A stretch of 64,000 nt of DNA from Spirochaetia bacterium (GTDB lineage: Bacteria > Spirochaetota > Spirochaetia > UBA9216), in NCBI GenBank assembly GCA_965140585.1, contig OZ223270.1, positions 224,001 to 288,000 on the forward strand, read 5' to 3'. The notes under the pieces are model-generated. The model was not told the DNA's origin and made no database searches. It saw nothing but the letters and a program-made list of their open reading frames with translations. Of the stretch, positions 29,960 to 39,354 are shown piece after piece. Numbering within the stretch: position 1 is the stretch's first letter; each line of letters begins with the position of its first letter. The translations under genes were made by a program, and so were the position numbers.

Positions 29960-31107
29960 TGAAAAATGATTTTACTTTATTAGCAACAGGAGATATTATC
30001 CTCGGGGAGAATTCTCCAAAATTTTTCAGAAGTGTTGGTCCGATGCTCAGGAATGCAGATCTTGTTGCCGGGCAGCTGGAAGTTCCATATAGCGACATTG
30101 CACCAGAGTTATTGGATTTAAACCGTGAAACAAAAAATCTGGATCCGTTGAAAGATTACTTTGATATCGTATCGCTTGCAGGTAATCATATTTATGATGC
30201 AAAGGATACTGGCGTTATTGAAACTATTGATTGGCTGAAAAAAAACGATATTCAATATGTTGGCGGAGGAAAAAATATCACAGAGGCAAGAGCTCCCCGC
30301 ATTATTGAGATTAATAATACAAAGATCGGATTTCTAAGCTATAACTGTACCGGGCCGGATATTATGACCGCAACCGCAAATAAGCCTGGATGCGCAGCCC
30401 TAGATATAATAACTCATTACGAACTTGGAGATATGGCTAATCCCGGTGGCCCCCCTAAAACCATTTACTCATGGCCGGAATCAAACAGCTTAAAACAAAT
30501 GATTAAAGAAATCACTGATTTCCGTAAAAATTGTGATGTCTTATGTCTGTATCTTCATAAAGGTTTAGTACACAAACCGATTAAACTTGCTGATTACGAG
30601 CAAACAGTATGTTATGCCGCAATCGATGCGGGGGTTGATGTAGTATTCTCAACTCATCCTCACATTTTGCATGGAATTGAAATTTATAAAAACAAGACTA
30701 TCTATCACAGTCTCGGAAATTTTATTGCGTGGGTGCCTTCACTACGACCTGATTTTAAGATAAAGAAAGGGATTAAGAACGATTTCTTTGATCCTGAAGA
30801 ATGGGCCCAGAAAAGAATAGAAAGATTTGGATTTGTACCGGATCCTGAATATCCTACATATCCATTTCATAGCGAAGCAATCTACTGTATGACAGCGAAA
30901 TGTATTATTGAAAATAAAAAAATCGTTGAAACCCGCTACATTCCAATGATTGTAAATAAGAAAGGTGTTCCAGAAGTCGTAAACAGGAAGTCCGGCGGTG
31001 AAGCCGTATTTGATTATGTAAATAAAATTACACAGAAGGCGTCCCTTAATGCTAAATTTTGCTGGGAAAATGACGAAGTTATTATTTCTATAAATAAATT
31101 ACTCTAA
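29959..31107 (+). CDS. CapA/PGA_cap family metallophosphoesterase-fold protein
   Basis: TGDIIL, QLE, SLAGNHIYD, LHKG, AIDAGVD, HPHILHGIEIY, SLGNF. Confidence 0.85.
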   Translation: MKNDFTLLATGDIILGENSPKFFRSVGPMLRNADLVAGQLEVPYSDIAPELLDLNRETKNLDPLKDYFDIVSLAGNHIYDAKDTGVIETIDWLKKNDIQYVGGGKNITEARAPRIIEINNTKIGFLSYNCTGPDIMTATANKPGCAALDIITHYELGDMANPGGPPKTIYSWPESNSLKQMIKEITDFRKNCDVLCLYLHKGLVHKPIKLADYEQTVCYAAIDAGVDVVFSTHPHILHGIEIYKNKTIYHSLGNFIAWVPSLRPDFKIKKGIKNDFFDPEEWAQKRIERFGFVPDPEYPTYPFHSEAIYCMTAKCIIENKKIVETRYIPMIVNKKGVPEVVNRKSGGEAVFDYVNKITQKASLNAKFCWENDEVIISINKLL

Positions 31108-31124
31108 ATTATAATAAAAGATAT

Positions 31125-31855
31125 CATAGCTGTCCAAAACAAGGACTATTAATCGCCTGAAATCCTGGTTATAATGAATTGAGCCGGCAAGCTTAAATCT
31201 TTACAACCAAAGGAAAACAGGCGATGAGTAAGCATAACAGTATTTTCGGACAAATTCTACAATTGATTCCGAGATATGAATTTGAAAAAGCTGTAAAACA
31301 GCACAACGGAGATTTTGCATCCAAAGGTTTTACCTGCTGGGAACAATTCGTTTCAATGATGTTTGCTCAGATTTCCGGTCAAACGGGACTCCGAGGCATC
31401 GAGATAGCTTTGGATTCGGTTAAGAATCTTCTGTATCATATAGGAGTTAAGAAAATTAAGCGTTCTACACTTTCTTATGCCAATGTTCATGAAGTCAATT
31501 CAATAAAAGAAATGGACCTCCAGAAAGGCGAGGTCCTAACCTTTGATAAGGGATATATGGACTTTAAACAGTTTGCAAAGTATTGCAATGCCGGTATTTA
31601 TTTCGTTACTCGTTTAAAAAGAATGCAGTAATGACTCAGATCTGGATAGCATTGATAACCCATCTGATGCTTCATTACCTGAAGATGTTATCATCCAAGA
31701 GCTGGACGCATTTTTCACTGATGAAGTTGTTGCCATCAATTTTGACAACCAGAAAAGATCTGTGGGTCGTTCTGAATAAACTACCGCCACCAGAGAAATA
31801 TATGCCAGGTTTAAATTATCAACTGAAGCTGCTATGATTGTTTTGGACAGCTATG
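31125..31855 (+). mobile_element. IS4 family (DUF4372-type) element, internally deleted, both terminal IRs intact
   Basis: 18-bp IR CATAGCTGTCCAAAACAA / TTGTTTTGGACAGCTATG; transposase pieces FTCWEQFVSMMFAQ, RSTLSYAN, FDKGY, FVTRLK, NAVMTQIWIAL. Confidence 0.9.
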
Positions 31856-32300
31856 ATTTACTTTAAGAATATTAAAACTCCTTTCTCTATTTACTTCAAA
31901 TATGTAAAAATCCCGCAAAAATCTTGTTTTAATATTGAAAATCCACATACCTTCCTACTCTCCAAATCCCCCCATAGCCTCTGATTATCTTCAACCAGCA
32001 TCTCAGCTAGATCCTCTATTTCAGCCAGTTCTTGAGCAAGCCATTGGTTTGCCAATAATCGATATCATATAAGTTGTTCCATATAAGATATAAAAAGTGG
32101 ATTTTTCATGGTGATTATGTATTCTCCGAAAGATATCATATAAAGGTCCTAAAAATTAAGGAAAGAGTTTTATCAAACTTTGACAAAACACCATTGCCGA
32201 ACTAAGGAATATCAAGGATTGATAAGGACTATAATTTATATTATTCTTTATATAGTAAGTATTTGTAGAAATACCAAGAAATTGTAGAGTATATATCAAT

Positions 32301-32348
32301 ACTGCCTCCTAAGCAGTAGGTCATGCGTTCGAATCGCGTCGGAAATAA
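32301..32348 (+). pseudogene. 3' half of tRNA-Arg(CCT), probable att-site remnant
   Basis: Anticodon stem-loop ACTGC-CTCCTAA-GCAGT, variable loop AGGTC, T-arm ATGCG-TTCGAAT-CGCGT; no D-arm or 5' acceptor strand upstream. Confidence 0.8.
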
Positions 32349-32390
32349 AAAAATAGCTGATCGAGTATATCTCGGTCAGTTATTTTTTTA
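32346..32390 (+). terminator. Intrinsic terminator after the tRNA fragment
   Basis: AATAGCTGATCGAG-tatat-CTCGGTCAGTTATT followed by a T tract. Confidence 0.75.
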
Positions 32391-32594
32391 TTTCCGTAAG
32401 CGAGTCGATGGAGTTTTATGGCTGCATTTCAGGACAAAGGCAAACTTAATAAAATAGAGATCCACAGGAGATACAATAATAGCAGTACAGTAACAAAACC
32501 ACGCTCCAGCCATATGTGGAAGAAACTGAAACACCATACCTTATTGGGTTTAAAGATTACCCCTCCGAAGATAATCACATGTTAAATTAAATAC

Positions 32595-32623
32595 ATGACA
32601 AAAGTAAACGTTTTCTATATACT
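32595..32623 (+). promoter_or_regulatory. lacI promoter containing operator AGTAAACGTTTTCTATA
   Basis: ATGACA-N17-TATACT; the spacer matches the operators at 37621-37674. Confidence 0.7.
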
Positions 32624-32632
32624 TCTATAGAA

Positions 32633-33658
32633 ATGAATAAAAGAATTTCGATTGCTGATGTTGCAGAACTTGCAGGAGTATCAATAGCTACGGTTTCGCG
32701 TGTAATAAACGATACAGGTTATCCAGTATCAAAGGTAAGCAGAGATAAAATACTTACAGCAGTTGAACAGCTGAATTACACCCCCAGCTTCGCAGCACAA
32801 AGACTTCGCCGTGATTTTAATCCAGTCATAGGTCTAATTGTCAGGGATATTGCAAACAGTTTTTTTGGTGAAATAGCAAAAGGTGCAACTGAACGGGCAA
32901 TGGAGATGGGATATTTATCTTTTGTATGTAATACAGGAAGAGATGCTGCAAATGAAATGGATTTTCATGAGCTTCTGTGGAAAAATCGTGTCAGGGGAAT
33001 CCTTCTCATTGGCGGAGGTCTTGATACTCCGGATTATCAGAATATAATAAAAAAGCAGCTTGATCGCTGTAAACGATTCGGGCTTCGTATTGTAGCAAAT
33101 GCGCCGCAGGGTTTAGAACTTCCTATGGTCACAACAGATCTTGAGAAGATTAGTTATGATCTTACAAATCATCTTCTTGGAATAGGTCATAGATCAATCG
33201 CTTTAATAACCGGCGAGCAGGGGGTTGTAACAAGTAAACTGCATTTCTCAGGTTATTCCCGTGCTATGACAGAAAAGAATATTACTGTTAGAAATGAGCT
33301 AATCAGGCTAGAAGCATTCACTGAAAAATGCGGATATAAAAGTTGCAAAGAAATTATAAAACAGACCCCCAGACCGACAGCAATCTGCTGCGGTTGCGAT
33401 CCGATAGCTGTAGGTGTCCTGCATGCACTTCATGAAGAAAACCTCCGAGTACCGGATGATGTATCATTAATCTCGATTGGAGATACACCAATGGCCGCCC
33501 ACCTGCAACCCGCACTTTCTAGTATTCGTGTTCCAAGATATGAAATGGGGGCAAGAGCTGTCGAACTTATTCTTTCAGACAGCTATACAACTGATTATAT
33601 TGAATATTTACCAACAGAATTTATAGAAAGAAACTCTGTTATTCCAATTAATCAATAA
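32633..33658 (+). CDS. LacI family transcriptional regulator
   Basis: ISIADVAELAGVSIATVSRVIN, LNYTPS, RVPDDVS, IERNS. Confidence 0.93.
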   Translation: MNKRISIADVAELAGVSIATVSRVINDTGYPVSKVSRDKILTAVEQLNYTPSFAAQRLRRDFNPVIGLIVRDIANSFFGEIAKGATERAMEMGYLSFVCNTGRDAANEMDFHELLWKNRVRGILLIGGGLDTPDYQNIIKKQLDRCKRFGLRIVANAPQGLELPMVTTDLEKISYDLTNHLLGIGHRSIALITGEQGVVTSKLHFSGYSRAMTEKNITVRNELIRLEAFTEKCGYKSCKEIIKQTPRPTAICCGCDPIAVGVLHALHEENLRVPDDVSLISIGDTPMAAHLQPALSSIRVPRYEMGARAVELILSDSYTTDYIEYLPTEFIERNSVIPINQ

Positions 33659-33715
33659 AAATGCGGCTTGCAGACAAAAACCCCAAACCGCATCAATATT
33701 AATACCTGAAACATT

Positions 33716-35572
33716 TTATACTTTATTCTTCACTTTGATCTGCTCAATAATTTTTCTAAGAATAAAAAGAACAACAATAAGTCCAAGTGCCAAGATATCT
33801 GTTTGCACTCCAGGGTTCAGGAAAAGCAGAGCCGCACCAAACAGTACTATTCTAAAAACAGGATTCCAGTATCCAAGGAAATATCCTTCAATAGTTGCAA
33901 CCAGACAGCAAACCCCAAAAATCGCAGTTATAATAGCAATAATAATAGCGTCAGGAGCTCCTACCATTAATAGCTCAGGTGAAAAGACAAAGATAAATGG
34001 AATAATATATCCGGGTAATCCATAAAGAAATCCCCGAATTGCAACAGAGTTTGGATTAGTCTGTGCAATGCCTGCGGCAGTATAGGATGTTATAGCAACA
34101 GGGGGAGTTAGGCCAGCGACTGCTGCAAACATAAAAATAAACATATGCGCAGAGAGAGGCTGTGCACCCATCTCAACCAATGGAGATACCAACGTAGCCG
34201 AAAGAATAATATATACAGCAGTTATGGGCATTCCTGTACCGAGTATGATTGCAGCCACCATAGTTAAAAGCAAACCAAGCATAAGGTTGCCGTTTGAAAA
34301 ACTTATCAACCCACTGGCTATCTTAGTACCAAGTCCGGTAACACCAATAACCCCAACTATTATTCCGGCTCCCGCACAGGCTGCAGCGATGGGAACAGTC
34401 TGCTTTGACCCCTGAAAAAACGCTTCCAGCACAGACTTACCCCATTTTTTCGGGTTCTTAATGGAGATAAAAGCAATCAACATTGCCAGGACAGTTGCCC
34501 AGAAGGCAACTTTGAGTGGACTCCACCCGACAATTATCATTACAATAAGAAAGACCAGCGGTAAACCGTGATAACCTCGCTTTAATAATGCGTCTTTAAT
34601 TTCAGGAAGTTCGTCTGAAGGGAGTCCATGTAAATTTGCTTTTACAGCTCTTACATCAGTAATTAGAAATAATGACACATAATATAAAACTGCAGGGATT
34701 AGGGCTGCTTTAGCAACAGTCAGATATGAAACATTCAGGTATTCAGCCATTATAAAGGCTCCTGCCCCCATTACCGGCGGTAGGAACATTCCACCGGTAG
34801 AAGCTACAGCCTCTACTGCTCCTGCAACCTCAGGTTTAAAGCCGATACGTTTCATAAGAGGTATAGTAAAAGTACCTGTTGTAACAACATTTGCAACCGG
34901 GGCCCCCGAGACGGTTCCCATAAGCGCACTTGCAACAACCGAGGTTTTAGCAGGACCTCCCCGGTATCGGCCGGTTAGGGCATAAGCCAAATCAACGAAC
35001 CATTCACCGCCACCTAAAGCACTAAGCATTGATCCGAATATAACAAAAGCGATGATGAAGGTTGAAGAAATACCCAGCGCCACACCGAATATACCTTCAG
35101 TAGTTAAGTACAGAAAGTTCACAAGACGTGAAAGCTTTACTCCTGAATGGCCGAGGAACCCGGGGAAAATTGGTCCGAATATTGCGTAAAAAAGAAAAAA
35201 GCTCGCGGTAATAGTTAAACCCCATCCAACAGTGAATTTTATTGCAATAATAAGGATTATTATTGCGGTAATTCCCATAACCATATCAAATGTCGACAGA
35301 CCGCCTACACCGAAAATTCGCTGACGCCAGGTCAAAAGAACATATATACAGGTTGCAGCTGCTGTAACAGCAAAAAGTATTTTTCCAATATTAAAAACTT
35401 TATATTTTGATTCAAGCATTAAGTAGGCGGCTGTTGACATAAAAAGCCAGTGTAAAGCCCGCTGTGTTAGAGTACTAAAGCTGCCGAAACCACCGGTGAA
35501 AAAGAAAATTACTGAACTGATTATGAGCAGCCATTTTACCAGGATGTGTAACCACGAAACCTTTTTTTCCAT
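33716..35572 (-). CDS. TAXI-type TRAP transporter fused permease (4TM/12TM)
   Basis: RGGPAK, ANVVTTGTFTIPLMK, EAVASTGG..PPVMGAGAF, TPPVA. Confidence 0.92.
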   Translation of the reverse strand: MEKKVSWLHILVKWLLIISSVIFFFTGGFGSFSTLTQRALHWLFMSTAAYLMLESKYKVFNIGKILFAVTAAATCIYVLLTWRQRIFGVGGLSTFDMVMGITAIIILIIAIKFTVGWGLTITASFFLFYAIFGPIFPGFLGHSGVKLSRLVNFLYLTTEGIFGVALGISSTFIIAFVIFGSMLSALGGGEWFVDLAYALTGRYRGGPAKTSVVASALMGTVSGAPVANVVTTGTFTIPLMKRIGFKPEVAGAVEAVASTGGMFLPPVMGAGAFIMAEYLNVSYLTVAKAALIPAVLYYVSLFLITDVRAVKANLHGLPSDELPEIKDALLKRGYHGLPLVFLIVMIIVGWSPLKVAFWATVLAMLIAFISIKNPKKWGKSVLEAFFQGSKQTVPIAAACAGAGIIVGVIGVTGLGTKIASGLISFSNGNLMLGLLLTMVAAIILGTGMPITAVYIILSATLVSPLVEMGAQPLSAHMFIFMFAAVAGLTPPVAITSYTAAGIAQTNPNSVAIRGFLYGLPGYIIPFIFVFSPELLMVGAPDAIIIAIITAIFGVCCLVATIEGYFLGYWNPVFRIVLFGAALLFLNPGVQTDILALGLIVVLFILRKIIEQIKVKNKV

Positions 35573-35577
35573 ATTAA

Positions 35578-36561
35578 TTAATTCTCCAAAAGGTTATGCT
35601 CTTTGTAATATCGCTCAGCTCCCGGGTGAAGAGGGATGGGCATTTCAGAAGCCATTTCAGCAGCAAAGACTTTGGCTGCAGGATGAGATGATTTTATTTT
35701 CTCAATATCCGAAAATAAAGCTTCAAGGATTTTGTACACTACTTCATCAGGCATATCTATATCCACTACAACCATATTAGTGCTTTTAAGCGTTTTAATA
35801 TCAGTCGGAGTCCCATAAACAGAAGAAGATAGGGTATAGGAACTATAGTATGGGTAATTTTGATGAACTTCCGCTATCACATCATCAGGAACTGATAGCA
35901 TTCTGAATTCCTTTCCTGTTTCTATCAGCTGCCTCAACGCCGGGCTAGGAATTGCAGACTGAATAATTATTGCATCAAGATTACCGTCTGCCATTGTTGT
36001 TGCACTTTCCGCATAAGAAAGAAAAGTAGCCTTTACATCATCAAAAGAAAATCCGGCTGCATTAAATGCATATTGAGAAATCTCCACTCCAAGACCTCCC
36101 TGAGGCCCAAGTGAAATTCTTTTTCCCTTCAAATCAGGAAAATCAATAATATCGGAATCAGCCATCACAGCAACCTGAAAAACCCCCAGTGTTAAATTAC
36201 TGAATAGTCCTCTCACTTTATCATGCTTTTCACTAAATGGTGGCTGCCCAACAAGCCCCTTATAGGCTGAAGCTGTTGAAGTTATTGCTAATTTTACACT
36301 TTCTTCCTGTATCAGCCTGATATTATCTACCGCACCTCCAGTTACCTGTGCCGTAGCTTGGATTCCAAGTTTATCGGTAAGAATTTCAGCCATTGCTATT
36401 CCGATAGGATAATACGCTCCTCCGGTACCGGCAGTACCAATCTCTATGAATCTTGGAAGTGAAGATTCACCTTCAGCACTTTCTGACTGACCAGTTGAGA
36501 ATGCAAGTGATGCAATAAAAGTCAGTAATAAAACTAATAAAAATACTCTCCGTCCTTTCAT
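35578..36561 (-). CDS. TAXI family TRAP solute-binding protein
   Basis: IGTAGTGGAYYPIG, TGGAVDNI, DLKGKRIS, PLHPGAERYYKE. Confidence 0.93.
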   Translation of the reverse strand: MKGRRVFLLVLLLTFIASLAFSTGQSESAEGESSLPRFIEIGTAGTGGAYYPIGIAMAEILTDKLGIQATAQVTGGAVDNIRLIQEESVKLAITSTASAYKGLVGQPPFSEKHDKVRGLFSNLTLGVFQVAVMADSDIIDFPDLKGKRISLGPQGGLGVEISQYAFNAAGFSFDDVKATFLSYAESATTMADGNLDAIIIQSAIPSPALRQLIETGKEFRMLSVPDDVIAEVHQNYPYYSSYTLSSSVYGTPTDIKTLKSTNMVVVDIDMPDEVVYKILEALFSDIEKIKSSHPAAKVFAAEMASEMPIPLHPGAERYYKEHNLLEN

Positions 36562-36663
36562 ATATACTCCTTCATATCTGTACTTGTTGAAACCGGCGCC
36601 CCGGTTTCAACACTAATTTTAATAATTCGTCAATTTTTTAAAAGAATAACCATTAATCAATTT

Positions 36664-37599
36664 TCATCCGACTTTTTCAAGACCGGCAGCTTTCACAGCT
36701 TCTCTAATTTCAATTTCAGCGCCCGGGTCAAGCGGAAGCAAGGGAGTTCGAACGGTTGCATGATCGAGAATGCCTCTTTCAACAAGAGCATGTTTTAATG
36801 CTACAGTACCTTCCATGTGTGAACCTCTGTGGTAAATAGTTTTTGTCACAGGCATAAGCTGATCATGTATTTTTCTTGCTTTTGAGTAATCCTTAGCCTT
36901 ACCAGCCTTAATCATCTCAACCAGTAATTCAGGAGCTACATTACCATACCCGACAAGAAACCCGTCTACATCAAAGACAGTTGATAATAGATATTCATCA
37001 TGGCAGCTTAAAATTTGAAGCTCAGGCCGTTCTTTCCTGATAATAGGAATTTCAGTATCCCATCTTCTCATATTTCTTACACCATTTTTCATTGCAAACA
37101 CACCTGGAAGGGCAGCAATATCAAGCATTGTCTGCAAATCGTACGTACATTTAGTAACATCCGGATACTGGAAAAGAATTAAGGGTAGTCCGCTTTTTTC
37201 GTAAACAGTTTTATATTTATCCTGAGGGGCCCCTTTTTGATATCCGAACCTTAACCAGCCATGTGAAGGATACAGTAAACCAGCTGAAGCACCGGCTTTT
37301 ACAGCGCGTTTAGCTTCCTCAGAGGCTACACCAGTGCCTTCCATTGTGATACCAGCGATAATTGGAATACTTCCGTTTACTGAATCAACAAAAGCTTCAA
37401 TAACTTTTGTCTGTTCATCGGGAGAAAGAAAGGTGCCTTCTCCTGCATGTCCAAGTACAGTAAGGCTTTTCACACCATCAATTCCGGCTAACCATCCGCC
37501 TAATTTTTTAATTGCGGCATAGTCTACTTCCCCATCAAGAGTAAAAGGTGTTACCGGAGCAGGGTTTAATCCTCTTAGATCGATATCAATCTTTTGCAT
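36664..37599 (-). CDS. DapA/NAL superfamily class I aldolase/lyase (not canonical DHDPS)
   Basis: PVTPFT.DGEVD, GHAGEG (GTTGE variant), FQYP, Schiff-base Lys in AMKNG, VRTPLLPL. Confidence 0.85.
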   Translation of the reverse strand: MQKIDIDLRGLNPAPVTPFTLDGEVDYAAIKKLGGWLAGIDGVKSLTVLGHAGEGTFLSPDEQTKVIEAFVDSVNGSIPIIAGITMEGTGVASEEAKRAVKAGASAGLLYPSHGWLRFGYQKGAPQDKYKTVYEKSGLPLILFQYPDVTKCTYDLQTMLDIAALPGVFAMKNGVRNMRRWDTEIPIIRKERPELQILSCHDEYLLSTVFDVDGFLVGYGNVAPELLVEMIKAGKAKDYSKARKIHDQLMPVTKTIYHRGSHMEGTVALKHALVERGILDHATVRTPLLPLDPGAEIEIREAVKAAGLEKVG

Positions 37600-37620
37600 A
37601 GAATCTCCTTGTTTATAGTA

Positions 37621-37678
37621 ATTATTATAGAAAACGTTTTCTATAATAATTATAGTAAACGTTTTCTATAATTGTCAA
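37621..37678 (-). promoter_or_regulatory. Promoter of the DapA-TAXI operon with two tandem LacI-type operators
   Basis: Minus strand TTGACA-N18-TATAAT; perfect 30-bp palindrome ATTATTATAGAAAACGTTTTCTATAATAAT (37621-37650) and a second copy TATAGTAAACGTTTTCTATA. Confidence 0.8.
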
Positions 37679-37906
37679 GAAAAAGATCTAAAATTATATG
37701 ACAAGCAAAGGTAGAACCTCTTTGTTGTAAAAACCTAAAACTTCTAAAAAGCATTTCCAATATAGGTTGACATCAACATTCAGCCATATTGACGTTGAGA
37801 AGAAAATCTGCTGATTATTAGTTGTTTATAGAACCATGGATTTACCATACGAGGAGTTTATGTTTTCAATGAATATCTGTGCTATGCATCGGATGATAAA
37901 AATGTA

Positions 37907-38272
37907 ATGTCACTGAGTGACTATGTCTCAAGTGTGAGTCCTGATTATAAAGAACCTGATGATTCTCCCGACGTTAACCTGCCCCCTTTAGCCGAGGGTG
38001 AAATGTATATCGGTTTTAGTACCTGGGAAGAAGGTGTTTTAATTAACGAAGACACCGAAGAAGAGGAAGAAGTTGAGCTTATAGAATGTTCTCTCCTCCT
38101 TATAGATAAATTTAAAATCACAATGGAAAACGATCAAAAGGAATTTGATGAGATTGTTGCTGTTGTTATAGATGATGTAATCTATCAGGTCTATTTTGAC
38201 TCTTCCAATACAAAGAAATCTGAGTTCTTTACTGTTAAAAAAGACGGTCTAATTGAAAAGCTGAATATATAG
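37907..38272 (+). CDS. Acidic hypothetical protein, possibly 5'-truncated
   Basis: 121-aa ORF; the frame stays open about 25 codons upstream without a start codon. Confidence 0.4.
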   Translation: MSLSDYVSSVSPDYKEPDDSPDVNLPPLAEGEMYIGFSTWEEGVLINEDTEEEEEVELIECSLLLIDKFKITMENDQKEFDEIVAVVIDDVIYQVYFDSSNTKKSEFFTVKKDGLIEKLNI

Positions 38273-38434
38273 CAGTTATAATTACAGTAATAAACAAGAA
38301 TGATTGAGCAACTTAATAATTGACTGACACCGGAATGTAGATTGTATTTATTTATAATACTGAAGATACAGACTATATAACTATGGTAGGGGAAGCTGAT
38401 ACAATACGTTAGTGAAGAAAGTACCTTAACAATC

Positions 38435-39315
38435 GGTAGTGTCAAATAAACTGTGTTTTTTCCTGAAATAACTTATACTATTTCAGGAGAAGCATATGAT
38501 TTTAGATCAGAGCGAATTACAAAAACTTATCAAAAAAAGGGGAATTAAGACAACTGAAGATCTTAACTCCTTCATGAACGAATTTACCAAAGAAGTTGTC
38601 GAATCCCTTTACGAGGGAGAAATAACCGACCATCTTGGACATGAAAAGAATCAAAGAAAGACTGAAGGCTCAGAAAATGTCCGAAACGGTTACAGTTCCA
38701 AAATTGTAAAATCCAAACATGGTGAAATAAAACTTGAAGTGCCCCGGGATCGTGAAGAAGTTATGCCCCCCAGATTGTCAAAAAGCGTCAGAATGATATC
38801 ACCGGGATGGAAGAAAAAGTCATCTCCATGTTTGGCCTCGGATTATCAACAAGAGATATTCAAAGCCATATTCAGGAGATTTACGGTTACTCCATGTCTC
38901 CGGAAACAATATCAACAATAACAGATTCAGTAATTAAACGGGCTAAAGACTGGCAAAGCCGCCCACTTAATCAGGTATATCCAATAGTATTTCTCGATGC
39001 TTTGGTTGTAAAAATGCGGATTGAGCGCACAGTTAAGAATGTGGTTATGTACGGCATTATTGGAATCGATCTTGAAGGCCAGAAAGAATGCCTGGGTTTA
39101 TAACTTTCAAAAGAACCGGAATATCTGATGCTATCGGAAGTGCTTTTCCCAGAGCCGAAATCCAGAAGTGTGTTGTACATCAAATCCGTAATTCACTGAA
39201 GCATGTTCCATGGAAGGAACGTAAACAAGTTGCAGCAGATCTCAAGCTGGTATATGATTCAGCTACAGAACAGGAAGCTCTTGATAATCTTGAAGCCTTT
39301 CAGGAAAAGTGGTGA
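38435..39315 (+). mobile_element. IS256 family transposase remnant (frameshifted, deleted)
   Basis: End GGTAGTGTCAAATAAAC; RNGY, VPRDR, GLSTRDI, WQSRPL..YPIVFLDA, QKCVVHQIRNS. Confidence 0.88.
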
Positions 39316-39354
39316 AGAAGCTGTGCCACAGGCTTTGTTATAGTTCTTTCACTA

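Noticed and set aside
29959-31107. Poly-gamma-glutamate capsule synthesis locus
   Set aside because: No capB/capC, no membrane anchor, and an importer/hydrolase context
31900-32075. Short minus-strand frame (LLANQWLAQELAEIEDLAEML...)
   Set aside because: No start codon or SD and no recognisable family
32270-32348. Intact tRNA-Arg gene
   Set aside because: The upstream sequence cannot form a D-arm or pair with the 3' acceptor strand; reported as a half-tRNA instead
32420-32480. GGCAAAC suggestive of a c-di-GMP-I riboswitch
   Set aside because: The following P2/P3 stems and conserved motifs are absent
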